Below, in pieces: positions 49,701 to 60,220 of a stretch of 64,000 nucleotides of DNA. The notes beneath the pieces are model-generated. The model had not been told where the DNA came from, searched no databases, and worked only from the letters and a program-made list of their open reading frames with translations. The stretch is from assembly GCA_052327205.1 (NCBI GenBank), contig CM126223.1:59396001-59460000 (forward strand), read 5' to 3'. The DNA comes from Somniosus microcephalus (lineage: Eukaryota). The position numbers were made by a program, and so were the translations under genes. Position 1 is the first letter of the stretch. Each line of letters opens with the position of its first letter.

Positions 49701-51532
49701 TCTATATATATAAAGGAATTGATCTGTCTGTCTGTCTGTCTGTCTGTCTGTCCTCGGGTGTGCGTCTGTCCGGCTATGCGCTTGAAAGTTATAGAGCATA
49801 CCTACGCGCGCGTTACCTCCAAAGAAAGCTTACGCTTCCGGGACGGTCGTAAGCGTATTTACTTTTCGGTCGGACGAAAATTGTTCGCGCCTTATGCAAA
49901 AAACCTTCAAAATTAAACTCATTATCTGCTACTTAGCATTGATTGACTGACGTCAAGGTTCCACCAATCCTGTGCCGTCACGATTGACCAATCCTACAGT
50001 ACAGTCCCCTGATGGTTGGCCAATCGGTGTGTGTGTGTGGGCCAGACTAATCGTTTTCATCTCAGGGATGTGCCAGCCATTGTTTCACTGCTTCCAGCTC
50101 AAACTACTCTCCTTATCCAGCTTTGAAAAAGTTAGTATCTCTTTTAAAAATAACATAACATTTACCCAAAACGTTTTATAAGTACTTTCACTTTCACCTT
50201 TCAAGGTATTAAAAGGTAGAAATGTTGCCCGGCAGCAGATTGAGAGAGGGACACAGACAGGCTATACACTCTAAAGTTATAGAGCATACCTACACGTGCG
50301 TTACATCAAAAGAAAGCTTACGATTCCGGAACGGTCGTAAGTGTATTTACATTTCGGCGAGACAAAAATTGCGCCCGCGGTATCCAAAAAACTTTCAAAA
50401 TTCCGCTCATTAGCATCTCATTATCCGCTCATTAGCATCGAGTGACGTCGACGGTCGACCAATCGCTGCGTGGCGGGGGCGGGTTCCTGGCGCGTGCCGG
50501 CGGGCCCTCCTAGAGTCGAGTGACGGGACCATTGACCAATCCTACGCTTCGGTGACCTGACGGTCGACCAATCGGTGCGTGTGTGGGCGGGCCTTATCGT
50601 TCTGAACCGAGGTGAGTCGCCGCCATCTTGATTCCAAACTTTTCATTTCTTTTTCCCGCTTTCTGCGTCTTTAAATAAAAAGTTGCTTTTAAAACACGTT
50701 GTTTTTTTAAAAAGTTAATTACTTTCTAAATCTTTTATCTAATCTCATTAATTTTCCTACATTTCCCCGTTTTTGCAGGTAGGCCTCGAAGCCTGGGCGT
50801 CTGTTGCCAGCCATGCTGGACCCTAGGCAATTGTTTTGTGGCAAGCTCCTCCCACCCCTCACCCCCCACCCCCCCCCGCTGGGCCCGATTCCGAACCAGC
50901 GGCCAGCCATCTTGGTAAAGGCTGGCTGGGGCTTCATTCGCACTCACGCTGCACGGCGCACGCGCACCTCCACACAGAGCGCGGCCAGAGGGAAGCGAGC
51001 AGGTTAGGGGGGGGCGAGGCTCGGGAGGGGAGCGGGAGCGGAGAGGGTTACCCCGGCAACCGGGCTCGCCAGCCGTAATCGGCCGTCTCAAGCCGCTCAG
51101 GCCCAGGCCCGATCCCGGAGACCGGGAGGCGGAGAGGGGAGGAGGGTTACCAAGGCAACCGGGCCCGGCCAGCCGCAATCGGCCATCTCAAGCCGCCTCA
51201 GGAGGGCGGGGCTCAGGCTGACCGGGGCGCTGCGCTCGGCATGTCACTGCGTGGGGCGGCACGGAGCTCAGCGGAGCCATCGCCGGCAGAGGGGAGAGGG
51301 TCTGCTGGCTCCCCCCTCCCTTTCTCCCCCCCTCCTCTCCTCCCCTTTCTCCCCCTTCCCTGCCCCTCCCCTCCCCTTCCCTTCCCCCCTCCCCTTTACC
51401 CCCCTCCCCCCCCTTCGCTCTCTCTTCCCCCCCAGTCGCTCTCTCTCTTCCCCCCCAGTCGCTCTCTCTCTCTCTCTTCCAACAACAACATGCCCTCGAA
51501 AAAGCCTCGGCACCGCCGGGCACTCCAGCTAG
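49701..51532 (+). mobile_element. Non-autonomous Helitron, unit 3 (chimeric)
   Basis: Starts TC immediately after the CTAG of unit 2; switches near 50260 to a second subtype; 3' gcctcggcaccgccgggc...CTAG|t. Confidence 0.85.
50420..50640 (+). promoter_or_regulatory. Promoter-like cassette inside Helitron (CCAAT x3, GC boxes, splice donor, YY1-like motif)
   Basis: gaccaatc x3, ggggcggg, gtgggcgggc, ccgag|gtgagt at 50612, cgccgccatctt. Confidence 0.55.
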
Positions 51533-51534
51533 TA

Positions 51535-52252
51535 TCTATATATATAAAAAGGAATCGATCTGTCTGTCTGTCTGTCTGTCCTCGGGTGTGCATCTGTCCA
51601 GCTATGCGCTTGAAAGTTATAGAGCGTACCTACGCGCGCGATACCTCCGAAGAAAGCTTACGTTTCCGGGACAGTCGTAAGCATATTTACTTTTCGGTCG
51701 GACAAAAATTGTTCGCGCCTTATGCAAAAAACCTTCAAAATTAAACTCATTATCTGCTACTTAGCATTGATTGACTGACGTCAAGGTTCGACCAATCCTG
51801 TGCCGTCACGATTGACCAATCCTACAGTACAGTCCCCTGATGGTTGGCCAATCGGTGTGTGTGTGTGGGCGGAACTAATCGTTTTCATCTCAGGGATGTG
51901 GCATCCATTGCCTGAAGCTAAAAACACCATTGCTGCTTCAACTCCTTCCAGCTCAAAATCTGCTGATGCAGCTTCGAAAACGTTAGTATCTCTTATGTTA
52001 TTTTTAAAAGATTTACCAAAAACGTTTTATAAGTACTTTCACTTTTATCTTTCAAGGTATTAAAAGGTAGAAATGTTGCCCGGCAGCAGATTGAGAGAGG
52101 GACACAGACAGGGCCCAAAAGCCTGGGACTCGATTTAAAATGTTGCCCGGCAGCAGATTCACAGAGAGACACAGAGAGGCCCCAAAGCCTGGGAATCGAT
52201 TTAAACCGCCCGGCCCAAAACAGCCCTGGCAAAGCCGGGCTCCCCCAGCTAG
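51535..52252 (+). mobile_element. Non-autonomous Helitron, unit 4
   Basis: a|TCTATATATATAAAAAG...hairpin...CTAG|t. Confidence 0.88.
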
Positions 52253-52285
52253 TATATAGAGTGTATTTATATATATATATATGCA

Positions 52286-52317
<32 letters not shown>

Positions 52318-52318
<1 letters not shown>

Positions 52319-53036
52319 CTATATAAACGGATACTTATTTCTGTCTGTCTATCTGTCTGTCCTTCTGTCTGTCCTCACGTGTGCGTCTGTCCGGCTATGC
52401 GCTCAAAAGTTATAGAGCGTACCTACGCGCGCGTTACCTCCGAAGAAAGCTTACGCTTCCGGGACGCTCGTAAGCATATTTACTTTTCGGTCGGATGAAA
52501 ATTGTTCGCACCTTATGCAAAAAACCTTCAAAATTAAACTCATTATCTGCTACTTAGCATTGATTGACTGACGTCAAGGTTCGACCAATCCTGTGACGTC
52601 ACGATTGACCAATCCTACAGTGCAGTCCCCTGATGGTTGACCAATCGGTGTGTGTGTGTGTGGGCGGGACTAATCGTTTTCATCTCAGGGATCTGGCAGC
52701 CATTGTTTCACTGCCATTACTTCAGCTTCCAGCTCAAACTACTTTGATCATCCAGCTTTGAAAAAGTTAGTTTCTCTTTTAAAAATAACATAAGATTTAC
52801 CAAAAACATTTTATAAGTACTTTCACTTTCATCTTTCAAGGTATTAAAAGGTAGAAATGTTGCCCGGCAGCAGATTCACAAAGGTACACAGACAGGGCCC
52901 AAAAGCCTGGGACTCGATTTAAAATGTTGCCCGGCACCAGATTCACAGAGGGACACAGAGAGGCCCCAAAGCCTGGCACTCGATTTAAACCGCCCGGCCC
53001 AAAACAGCCCTGGCAAAGCCAGGCTCCCCCAGCTAG
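52318..53036 (+). mobile_element. Non-autonomous Helitron, unit 5
   Basis: a|TCTATATAAACGG...gccctggcaaagccaggc...CTAG|t, followed by (TA)n(TG)n. Confidence 0.88.
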
Positions 53037-53051
53037 TATATATATATGTGT

Positions 53052-53093
<42 letters not shown>

Positions 53094-53959
53094 TACACAC
53101 ACACATCAGCAGGGAATCACATCAAGATTGGAAACCATGAGGGCTTAGCAGGCCCATGATATAGAAGGACACGTCCTTGGACTCACTTTGCGCAATGCTA
53201 CAAGAGATCGGCGAGTGGTCTAAATAAAGTATTAACTGAGCGAATTCTAAAGGCACAGTCTGCACTGTAAATGCTGCCAGTTTATTTTTGTTTTCAAAGG
53301 AAGCTGCAGTATTTTGGAGGCCGATAAGGAAACGAGTTGGGATTAGAACGCAAGAAGCAGCTTGTTGCTTTATGTCATTACGCTCGGCCAAGTTTCTATG
53401 CCCGGAAGACGACAAAAGGCCATTCATTACATCTCACAGTCTCTGCAATCGGAGGACAGCTGAGATTAAAGACATTTTAATTATTTTTTTTAAAATGCTG
53501 CTCCCGAAGTCTTGGATGTATAACTTTATTTATGCCTCTCAATAACTCTGAACAAACAGCTATCACATCCTACACACGGACTAAACTGACAACTGTTAGC
53601 GCAGTGCTGTTTTCATGCCTTGGTTAGCAGTGTACTGCGTTTGCATGTTACATACATGCAGGTCTGTAAACCTTGCTGAGAGGCAATGGACAAAATGAAG
53701 AGTCATTTTTAACAATTAAACCTGGTAGATATAACAGCAAAACAAGAAACTCTTTGAAATCAGTTTTTACTGCCTCTGAGAATTGAGATTGTAAGGAAAG
53801 TTTTTTTTTATTTGTTATATTTTTTTATGTGCCTGTAATATAGCAAATATATGTGTTATAAAAAAGATTGTTGCCAGCAGGTTGGCTGCAAATTATATCC
53901 ATATATTTGCCACCAGTGGCATTGCTTTAATGGAGATGCCAACTGGATTTTACTCATGG

Positions 53960-54550
53960 CCATGTACCCTCATCCATGCCTTTGTTACCTCTAGACTTGA
54001 CTATTCCAATGGCTAGCCTCCCACGTTCTACCCTACGTAAACCTGAGGTCATCCAAAACTCGGCTGCCTGTGTCCTAACCCGCACCAAGTCCCGTTTGCC
54101 CATCTCCCCTTTGCTCGCTGACGTACATTGGCTCCCAGTTAAGCAACGCATCGATTTCAACATTCTCATCCTTGTTTTCAAATCCCTCCATGGTGTCACC
54201 GCTTCCTATCTCTGTAATCTCCTTTAGCCCCACAACCCCCCCGAGATATCTGCGCTCCTCTAATTCTGCCCTCTGGAGCATCCCTGATTATAATTGCTCC
54301 ACCTTTGGTGGCCGTGCCTTCTGTTGCCTGGGCCCTAAGCTCTGCAATTCCCGGCCTAAACCTCTCCGCCTCGCTACCTTTCTCTCCTCCTTTAAGACAC
54401 TTCTTAAAACCTACCTCTTTGACCGAGCTTTTGGTCACCTGCCCTAATTTATCCTTATGTGGATCGGTGTCAAATTTGTTGTCTTAAAATGCTCCTATGC
54501 AGCACCTTGGGACGTTTTACTACGTTAAAGGCGCTATATAAATACAAGTT
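53960..54550 (+). mobile_element. L2 LINE 3' fragment
   Basis: LIHAFVTSRLD..VIQNSAACVLTRTK..HWLPVKQRIDF..; tail aaaggcgctatataaatacaagttgttgtt. Confidence 0.9.
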
Positions 54551-54561
54551 GTTGTTGTTGG

Positions 54562-55025
54562 CGTGGCTCAGTGGTCGCAGTCTCGCCTCTGAGCCAGAAG
54601 GTCGTGGGTTCAAGCACCCACTGCAGGACGTGAGCATGTTATCTGAGCTTGGCATTTCAGTGCCACACGAGGGGGGAGGGGGGGAGGGGGGGGGCTGTAT
54701 TTTCAGAGGTGCTGTCTTTCAGATGAGATGTTAAACCGAGGCCCCGTCTGCCTGTCCAGGCGGATGTAGACGATCCCATCACGCTGTTTAAAGAGCAGGG
54801 GCAACGGTTGTGGCCAAAATGTGTCCCTCAGTCAAGACCGCCAAAAACAGATTAACTGGCCATTCATCTCACTTGATTTTGGCGGCACCGTGCAGTGTGC
54901 AGATTGGCTGTCACATTCGCCTAGAAAACAGCAGTAGTTGCACTTCAACAGAAATTCCTTGGCTGTGATGTACATTGGTAGGTGCTGAGGTTGTGAAAGG
55001 TGCCACCTAAATGCAAGCTTGCTTC
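54562..55025 (+). mobile_element. SacSINE1/DeuSINE-type SINE (diverged)
   Basis: tggctcagtgg, ggttcaagc, gaggtgctgtctttcagatgagatgttaaaccgagg. Confidence 0.8.
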
Positions 55026-55267
55026 CCCTTGTGGTGTCAAGGTGGACGCACCAATTAAATACTGAATGCAGATGAGAGTTCAAGAAAGTGGAAGCTACAT
55101 TTTTGTTGGTGTCCTGGTGGACTGGACTGCAGTTTTGGTGACTCAAGCTAAACTAGGGGGTAAGATTTGCAAGTTTGGCCTCCCTACAGAGTGCCTGGAC
55201 TATTTTAAAACACAAGGAAGAATAGTTGCTTGAAAAAGAGGAATATTAAAGGGTATGGGGATCGAAC

Positions 55268-55491
55268 TAAGAACATAAAAAATAGGAGCAGGAGTAGGCC
55301 ATTTGGCCCTTCGAGTCTGCTCCGCCATTCAATAAGATCAAGGCTGATCTTCTACCTCATCTCCATTTTCCTGCACTATCCCCATATCCCTTGATTTCCT
55401 TAACATTCAAAAATCTATCGATCCCTGTCTTGAATATACTCAATGCCTGAGCCTCCACAGCCCTCTGGGGTAGAGAATTCCAAAGATTCAC
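55268..55491 (-). mobile_element. CR1 3' end fragment
   Basis: VNLWNSLPQRAVEA..FKTGIDRFL..GYGDSAGKWR*; tail aagaacataa. Confidence 0.88.
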
Positions 55492-55501
55492 TGGAGTGTG
55501 G

Positions 55502-55677
55502 TGTAGTGTATGTGCCTTTAAGAGCCCCATGTGTGCTGTAATGCCGGTAATGGCCACTCGGGCTATATAAGCCTGTATATTGTGTTATATCCGTTAGTAC
55601 CCCTCCAGACTTTGCTTAGTAAACACCTATGAACCAACTCCAGTCTTCAGTGTCTCTATCAACACACGGACACTACA
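55502..55677 (+). repeat. 5' LTR
   Basis: TGTAGTGT...ACACTACA (8-bp inverted ends), TATATAA, AGTAAA; 3 differences from the 3' LTR. Confidence 0.97.
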
Positions 55678-55678
55678 G

Positions 55679-55692
55679 TGGCGACGAAGTGG
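55679..55692 (+). promoter_or_regulatory. Primer-binding site, probably tRNA-Ser(GCT)
   Basis: TGGCGACGAAG 1 nt after the LTR; complementary to the ...TCGTCGCCA 3' end of vertebrate tRNA-Ser(GCT) (from recall). Confidence 0.75.
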
Positions 55693-56136
55693 AAACGGAC
55701 TTACCTGCAATTCGGCAGCACCTCAAGGACATCGATTCCTCGGGCGTCCAGAAGACTCAAGAAAGTGAAAGAAGCTGTGGTTTCACCAGCTGGCCGAGCT
55801 GGTGGCAGGTACTGCGCTAATCCTTCCTGGACGTCAGGCTGGGGCTCCAGCGGCTGGCTCTACAGCTGGGATAAGCAGCGAAATCGGAGGCAAGCAATAA
55901 CAGACGGGGAGGGAGCACTCGGGAGACGGCCGGCGCTGCAGGCAGGTTGGCGTTCAGACCTAGAGAGAAAGTCCGGCGGGAACGAGTCTCCAACTGTAAA
56001 TAAATAAATAAAAAAAGAACGGAAACCGCGGGAAACAGCGTTGTCATCGGCAGCAGCGGCGGGAAAGCGCGGAAAGCGCCATATCTTTTCTGCAGAAAAG
56101 AAAGAAAAGCGCGGGAAGCGCCATATCTTTTCTAAG

Positions 56137-57333
56137 ATGCCTAAGTCTGGCAATATTGATGCTTTTGATAGCGAAATAGAGGATTGGACCACATATGTGG
56201 AAAGAGTAGAGGTATATTGTACTGCAAATGGAATAGAAGATGAAAAAAAAGCTTCAGTACTGCTGAATTTAATGGGCGCAAAGGCATACGGGCTGTTACG
56301 AAATTTAATCACTCCAGCCAAACCAAAGGACAAGGATTTTAAAGAAATTGTTGATACCCTGCAGGAGCACTTAAACCCAACACCGCTGCTGATAGCGGAA
56401 CGATTCAAATTCTTCAAGAGAAATCAACACAAGAATGAAAGTAACGCTGATTACCTAACCGAATTAAGAAAGCTATCAAAACACTGCCAATTCGGGGCAG
56501 GACTAGCAGATTATCTTCGAGACAAATTCGTCTGCGGTCTCTTAAGTGAAGGAACACAAAAAAAGCTGCTTTCTGAAAAAGATTTAAAACTGGACAAGGC
56601 TTTCAGTATGGCTGTATCATACGAAGCAGCAGCAAGAGGAGCTGCAGAGATACAACAAAAGACACAGGACTTCGGCACCCATGAAATGACACAGGGTTTC
56701 GAAAGATGTTATCGCTGCGGCAGATCCACCCATAACCAGAGGGACTGCTGGTTCAAGGACAAAGCATGCAGGCAATGCGGAAAGATTGGACACATTGCAC
56801 GGGTATGCCGATCTGGACAAAGTAAATCCACAGACAGGAAAAAAAAAATCAATAAAGAAAAGTACAGAAAGGTACAAATGATGACGGACAGTAGCTCCGA
56901 AGACCAGAAGAGCGATAGTGACTCCGAAAACAAGAGACTAAGCTGTCTCAAATTACATAATGTACTTGCCAAAGATGATTACCAGACCATTTGGGTTACC
57001 CTCACGATAGCAGGGTCCCCAGTTAAAATGGAGCTAGATACAGGATCAGCTCTGACCGTAATAAATCGACGGGATTACGAGAGGCTATTTCCGCATATAC
57101 CTTTAAAAGACACATCCATTATCTTAAAAACATATACGGGGCAGAAAGTATACCCCAAAGGAAAAATAAGGGTGCCTGTTGTATACAACGGCAAGGAAAT
57201 ACAAAAGTTGTATTTATACATTCTACAAGATGGTGGCCCACCGCTGTTAGGACGTGAATGGATCAGGCAAATACGTTTAGACTGGCACTCCATTCAGGCA
57301 CTGACGGTGACCAGTAAGAAAAAAAAACGATGA
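56137..57333 (+). CDS. gag: Gypsy Gag (two CCHC zinc knuckles) and aspartic protease
   Basis: First in-frame ATG at 56137; LRDKFVCGL, CYRCGRSTHNQRDC, CRQCGKIGHIARVC, MELDTGS, LLGREW. Confidence 0.9.
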   Translation: MPKSGNIDAFDSEIEDWTTYVERVEVYCTANGIEDEKKASVLLNLMGAKAYGLLRNLITPAKPKDKDFKEIVDTLQEHLNPTPLLIAERFKFFKRNQHKNESNADYLTELRKLSKHCQFGAGLADYLRDKFVCGLLSEGTQKKLLSEKDLKLDKAFSMAVSYEAAARGAAEIQQKTQDFGTHEMTQGFERCYRCGRSTHNQRDCWFKDKACRQCGKIGHIARVCRSGQSKSTDRKKKINKEKYRKVQMMTDSSSEDQKSDSDSENKRLSCLKLHNVLAKDDYQTIWVTLTIAGSPVKMELDTGSALTVINRRDYERLFPHIPLKDTSIILKTYTGQKVYPKGKIRVPVVYNGKEIQKLYLYILQDGGPPLLGREWIRQIRLDWHSIQALTVTSKKKKR

Positions 57334-59100
57334 TGACATCATACCTGAACGATTAAAAGACATCTTGGCCAACGCCAAAGAAGTGTTTCAAGAGAAACTA
57401 GGAACCTTGAAAGGCATCACCGCCTCAATAAAAGTGGAAGATGCAGCAATTCCCAAGTTTTTTAAAGCAAGACCAGTGCCATACGCAATTCGTCCAGCAG
57501 TCGAGGCAGAGCTGGAGAATTTGGAAAATGCAGACGTATTATCCAAAATAGATTGGAGCGAGTGGGCAACACCCATCGTTCCAGTCATGAAGAAAGCATT
57601 GAATAATAATAAATCTGAAGAACAGAGAAAAATTCGCATCTGTGGAGACTTCAAGGTGACGGTAAACCCAGTCCTTCACATGGTACAGTATCCTCTTCCG
57701 AGGATAGAAGATATTTTCGCCTCACTATCCGGAGGGAAACGTTTCACCAAAATTGACTTGGCACAGGCATATCTACAGATGGAGGTTGAAGAGGCCTCTA
57801 AAAAAATATCTCACGATAAATACACACAAAGGTCTGTACCAATACAATCGACTAGTTTTCGGAGTAGCATCCGCTCCAGCTATCTGGCAAAGAGCTATGG
57901 AGCAAGTCCTCCAAGGGATTCCGGGTACTCAATGCTACCTGGACGACATCCTTGTAACAGGAGAAAACGACAACGAGCACCTTGCCAATTTGGAGCAGGT
58001 GCTCACTAGGCTGAGAGAACGGGGCCTACGAGCAAATCGCCCCAAGTGCGAATTTTTCCAAAATCAAATATCATATTGTGGCCACATAATAAATAAGGAA
58101 GGGTTGCATAAGTCACCTGAAAAAATTGAAGCGGTCATAAAAGCCCCAGCACCTGAAAATGTTTCACAATTAAGGTCGTTTCTGGGATTAATAAATTACT
58201 ATCATAAATTTTTACCGAACTTATCAACTTTTCTACACCCTCTTAATGAACTGCTACAAACAGGAGTAATTTGGAAATGGAACGAAGACTGTAAACGTGC
58301 CTTCCATAAATGCAAAGACTTAATCACATCCGAAGAAGTTTTGGCTCATTACAACCCATCACTGCCAATCAGACTGGCGTGCGATGCATCCCCTTACGGC
58401 ATAGGAGCAGTATTATCGCATAAATTCCCTGATGGCTCGGAACGGCCGATAGCTTTTGCGTCATGCTCATTGAACTCAGCTGAGCGTAACTATGCCCAGA
58501 TCGACAGGGAAGCACTCAGCCTGGTATGGGGAGTGAAGAAATTCAACCATTACCTACACGGACAAAAATTTACCTTGTTGACTGACCATCAACCCCTCAT
58601 CTCCATATTCAACCCTAAAAAGGGTGTTCCCATTATAACAGCGCAAAGGCTACAGAGGTGGTCCCTTTTTCTAGGGGCACACCAATACAACATAGAATAC
58701 AAAGGATCAAAACAGCATGGGAATGCTGACGGTTTATCGCGCCTACCGTTGCTAACGGTAGAAGAGGCACCTACAGTAGACCCAGTGGAGATGTTCCACT
58801 CTACCATAGTGGAATGTCTACCAGTAACAAATTCTGCCATTGAAAGGGAGACGAGAAATTACCCGACTATCTCACGGGTCTACGATTTAACAGTGAAGGG
58901 ATGGCCAGCACATGGCGAACCACTGTTGCCAGCATTCTCACAAAGAAGAGAACAGCTGTCAGTGTGCCGAGGAACCTTGATGTGTGGATCCAGAGTGGTG
59001 ATTCCACCCAAACTCCAGGATAAAGTGCTAAAAGAGCTTCACGAGGGGCATCTGGGTGGAGTGAAAATGAAGAACCTAGCCAGGGCGTTTGTATGGTGGC
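57329..59100 (+). CDS. pol: Gypsy Pol RT, RNase H and integrase zinc finger (frameshift at ~57800)
   Basis: WATPIVPV, RICGDFK, YPLPRIEDI, KIDLAQAY, FGVASAPAIWQ, YLDDI, LACDAS, REAL, TDHQPL, ADGLSR, LHEGH. Confidence 0.9.
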
Positions 59101-60127
59101 AGGTATCGATGGAGACATCGAAGAAATGACCAAGAGCTGCCTAGGATGCCAGAAGGTCCAAAACGCTCCACCACAAGCCCCTCTACATCCATGGGAGTGG
59201 CCCTCATCTCCCTGGCAAAGGGTACACATCGACTTTGCTGGTCCATTTATGGACTCAATGTTCTTAATCGCAGTTGATGCACACTCCAAGTGGCCGGAGG
59301 TAATAAAGATGTCCTCCACCACCACGGAAAAAACCATCACAGTATTAAGAACCATATTTGCCAGGAATGGGCTGCCGGAACAGATCTGTTCTGATAATGG
59401 ACCGCAATTTGTGTCCGAAGAATTCAGGAAGTTCTTAAAAAACAATGGGGTTAAGCACTACACGTCCGCCCCATACCATCCCGCCACCAATGGATTGGCT
59501 GAAAGGTTTGTCCAGACCTTCAAGAAGGCCATAAAGGCCATGGGTAATGAAGACATAAAACTTCAGCACAAGGTGGATAACTTCTTGTTCGCATACAGGA
59601 ATGCAACACATATGGTTACCAACCAAACTCCCGCCATGATGTTCTTCAATAGAAACCTAAGATGCCGGCTGGATTTGGTCAAGCCCAACATCAGAAGGGA
59701 CGTGGAGAACTGGCAGTTCCAAGGCATGAATGAAAGGCCAACTAGAACCTTCCAGATAGGTCAACAAGTTTTGGCCCGGGACTACCGTACCGAGAAATGG
59801 CAGCCTGGAACTATCTGCACACGACTAGGACCACTGATGTATACCGTGGACATCGGAGAAAGCATAATAAGGCGCCATGCTGACCAAATCATAGAGTCGT
59901 CTGAAAAGGGACAACCTACACCACAACTCTATACGCCTAACGATGAAGTAGAGATACCCATATCTACCTCCGATCCGGTGATACTGGAACCCGATGAACC
60001 CGACACTGGCATTCAAGCCAAATCAACCTTGCCAAAAGAACCTACTACACCACCAGAAACTACTACACCACCGAGGCGTTATCCGGACCGAGTCAGGAAG
60101 CCTCCAGAGAGACTGACTTATAATTAA
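59093..60127 (+). CDS. pol: Gypsy integrase core and C-terminal domain
   Basis: CLGC, PWQRVHIDFAGP, SDNGPQF, YHPATNGLAERFV; ends RYPDRVRKPPERL. Confidence 0.92.
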   Translation: MVAGIDGDIEEMTKSCLGCQKVQNAPPQAPLHPWEWPSSPWQRVHIDFAGPFMDSMFLIAVDAHSKWPEVIKMSSTTTEKTITVLRTIFARNGLPEQICSDNGPQFVSEEFRKFLKNNGVKHYTSAPYHPATNGLAERFVQTFKKAIKAMGNEDIKLQHKVDNFLFAYRNATHMVTNQTPAMMFFNRNLRCRLDLVKPNIRRDVENWQFQGMNERPTRTFQIGQQVLARDYRTEKWQPGTICTRLGPLMYTVDIGESIIRRHADQIIESSEKGQPTPQLYTPNDEVEIPISTSDPVILEPDEPDTGIQAKSTLPKEPTTPPETTTPPRRYPDRVRKPPERLTYN

Positions 60128-60206
60128 TTAACTACAGCAATGTGTATATTATTTTTCTTATAATATGTAATTAATAATTACTTAAAATATGATGTACTGG
60201 TTAGCT

Positions 60207-60219
60207 AAAAGGGGAGGAA
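60207..60219 (+). promoter_or_regulatory. Polypurine tract
   Basis: AAAAGGGGAGGAA just before the 3' LTR. Confidence 0.9.
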
Positions 60220-60220
60220 T

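Noticed and set aside
47709-53036. rDNA spacer, 5S/snRNA array or histone-gene promoter array
   Set aside because: No RNA-gene or histone coding sequence; unit boundaries match Helitron TC...hairpin-CTAG
57310-57335. Programmed ribosomal frameshift between gag and pol
   Set aside because: The shift lies after the protease, needs +1 on an A9 run, and two similar homopolymer shifts occur inside RT and IN; indel is the simpler explanation
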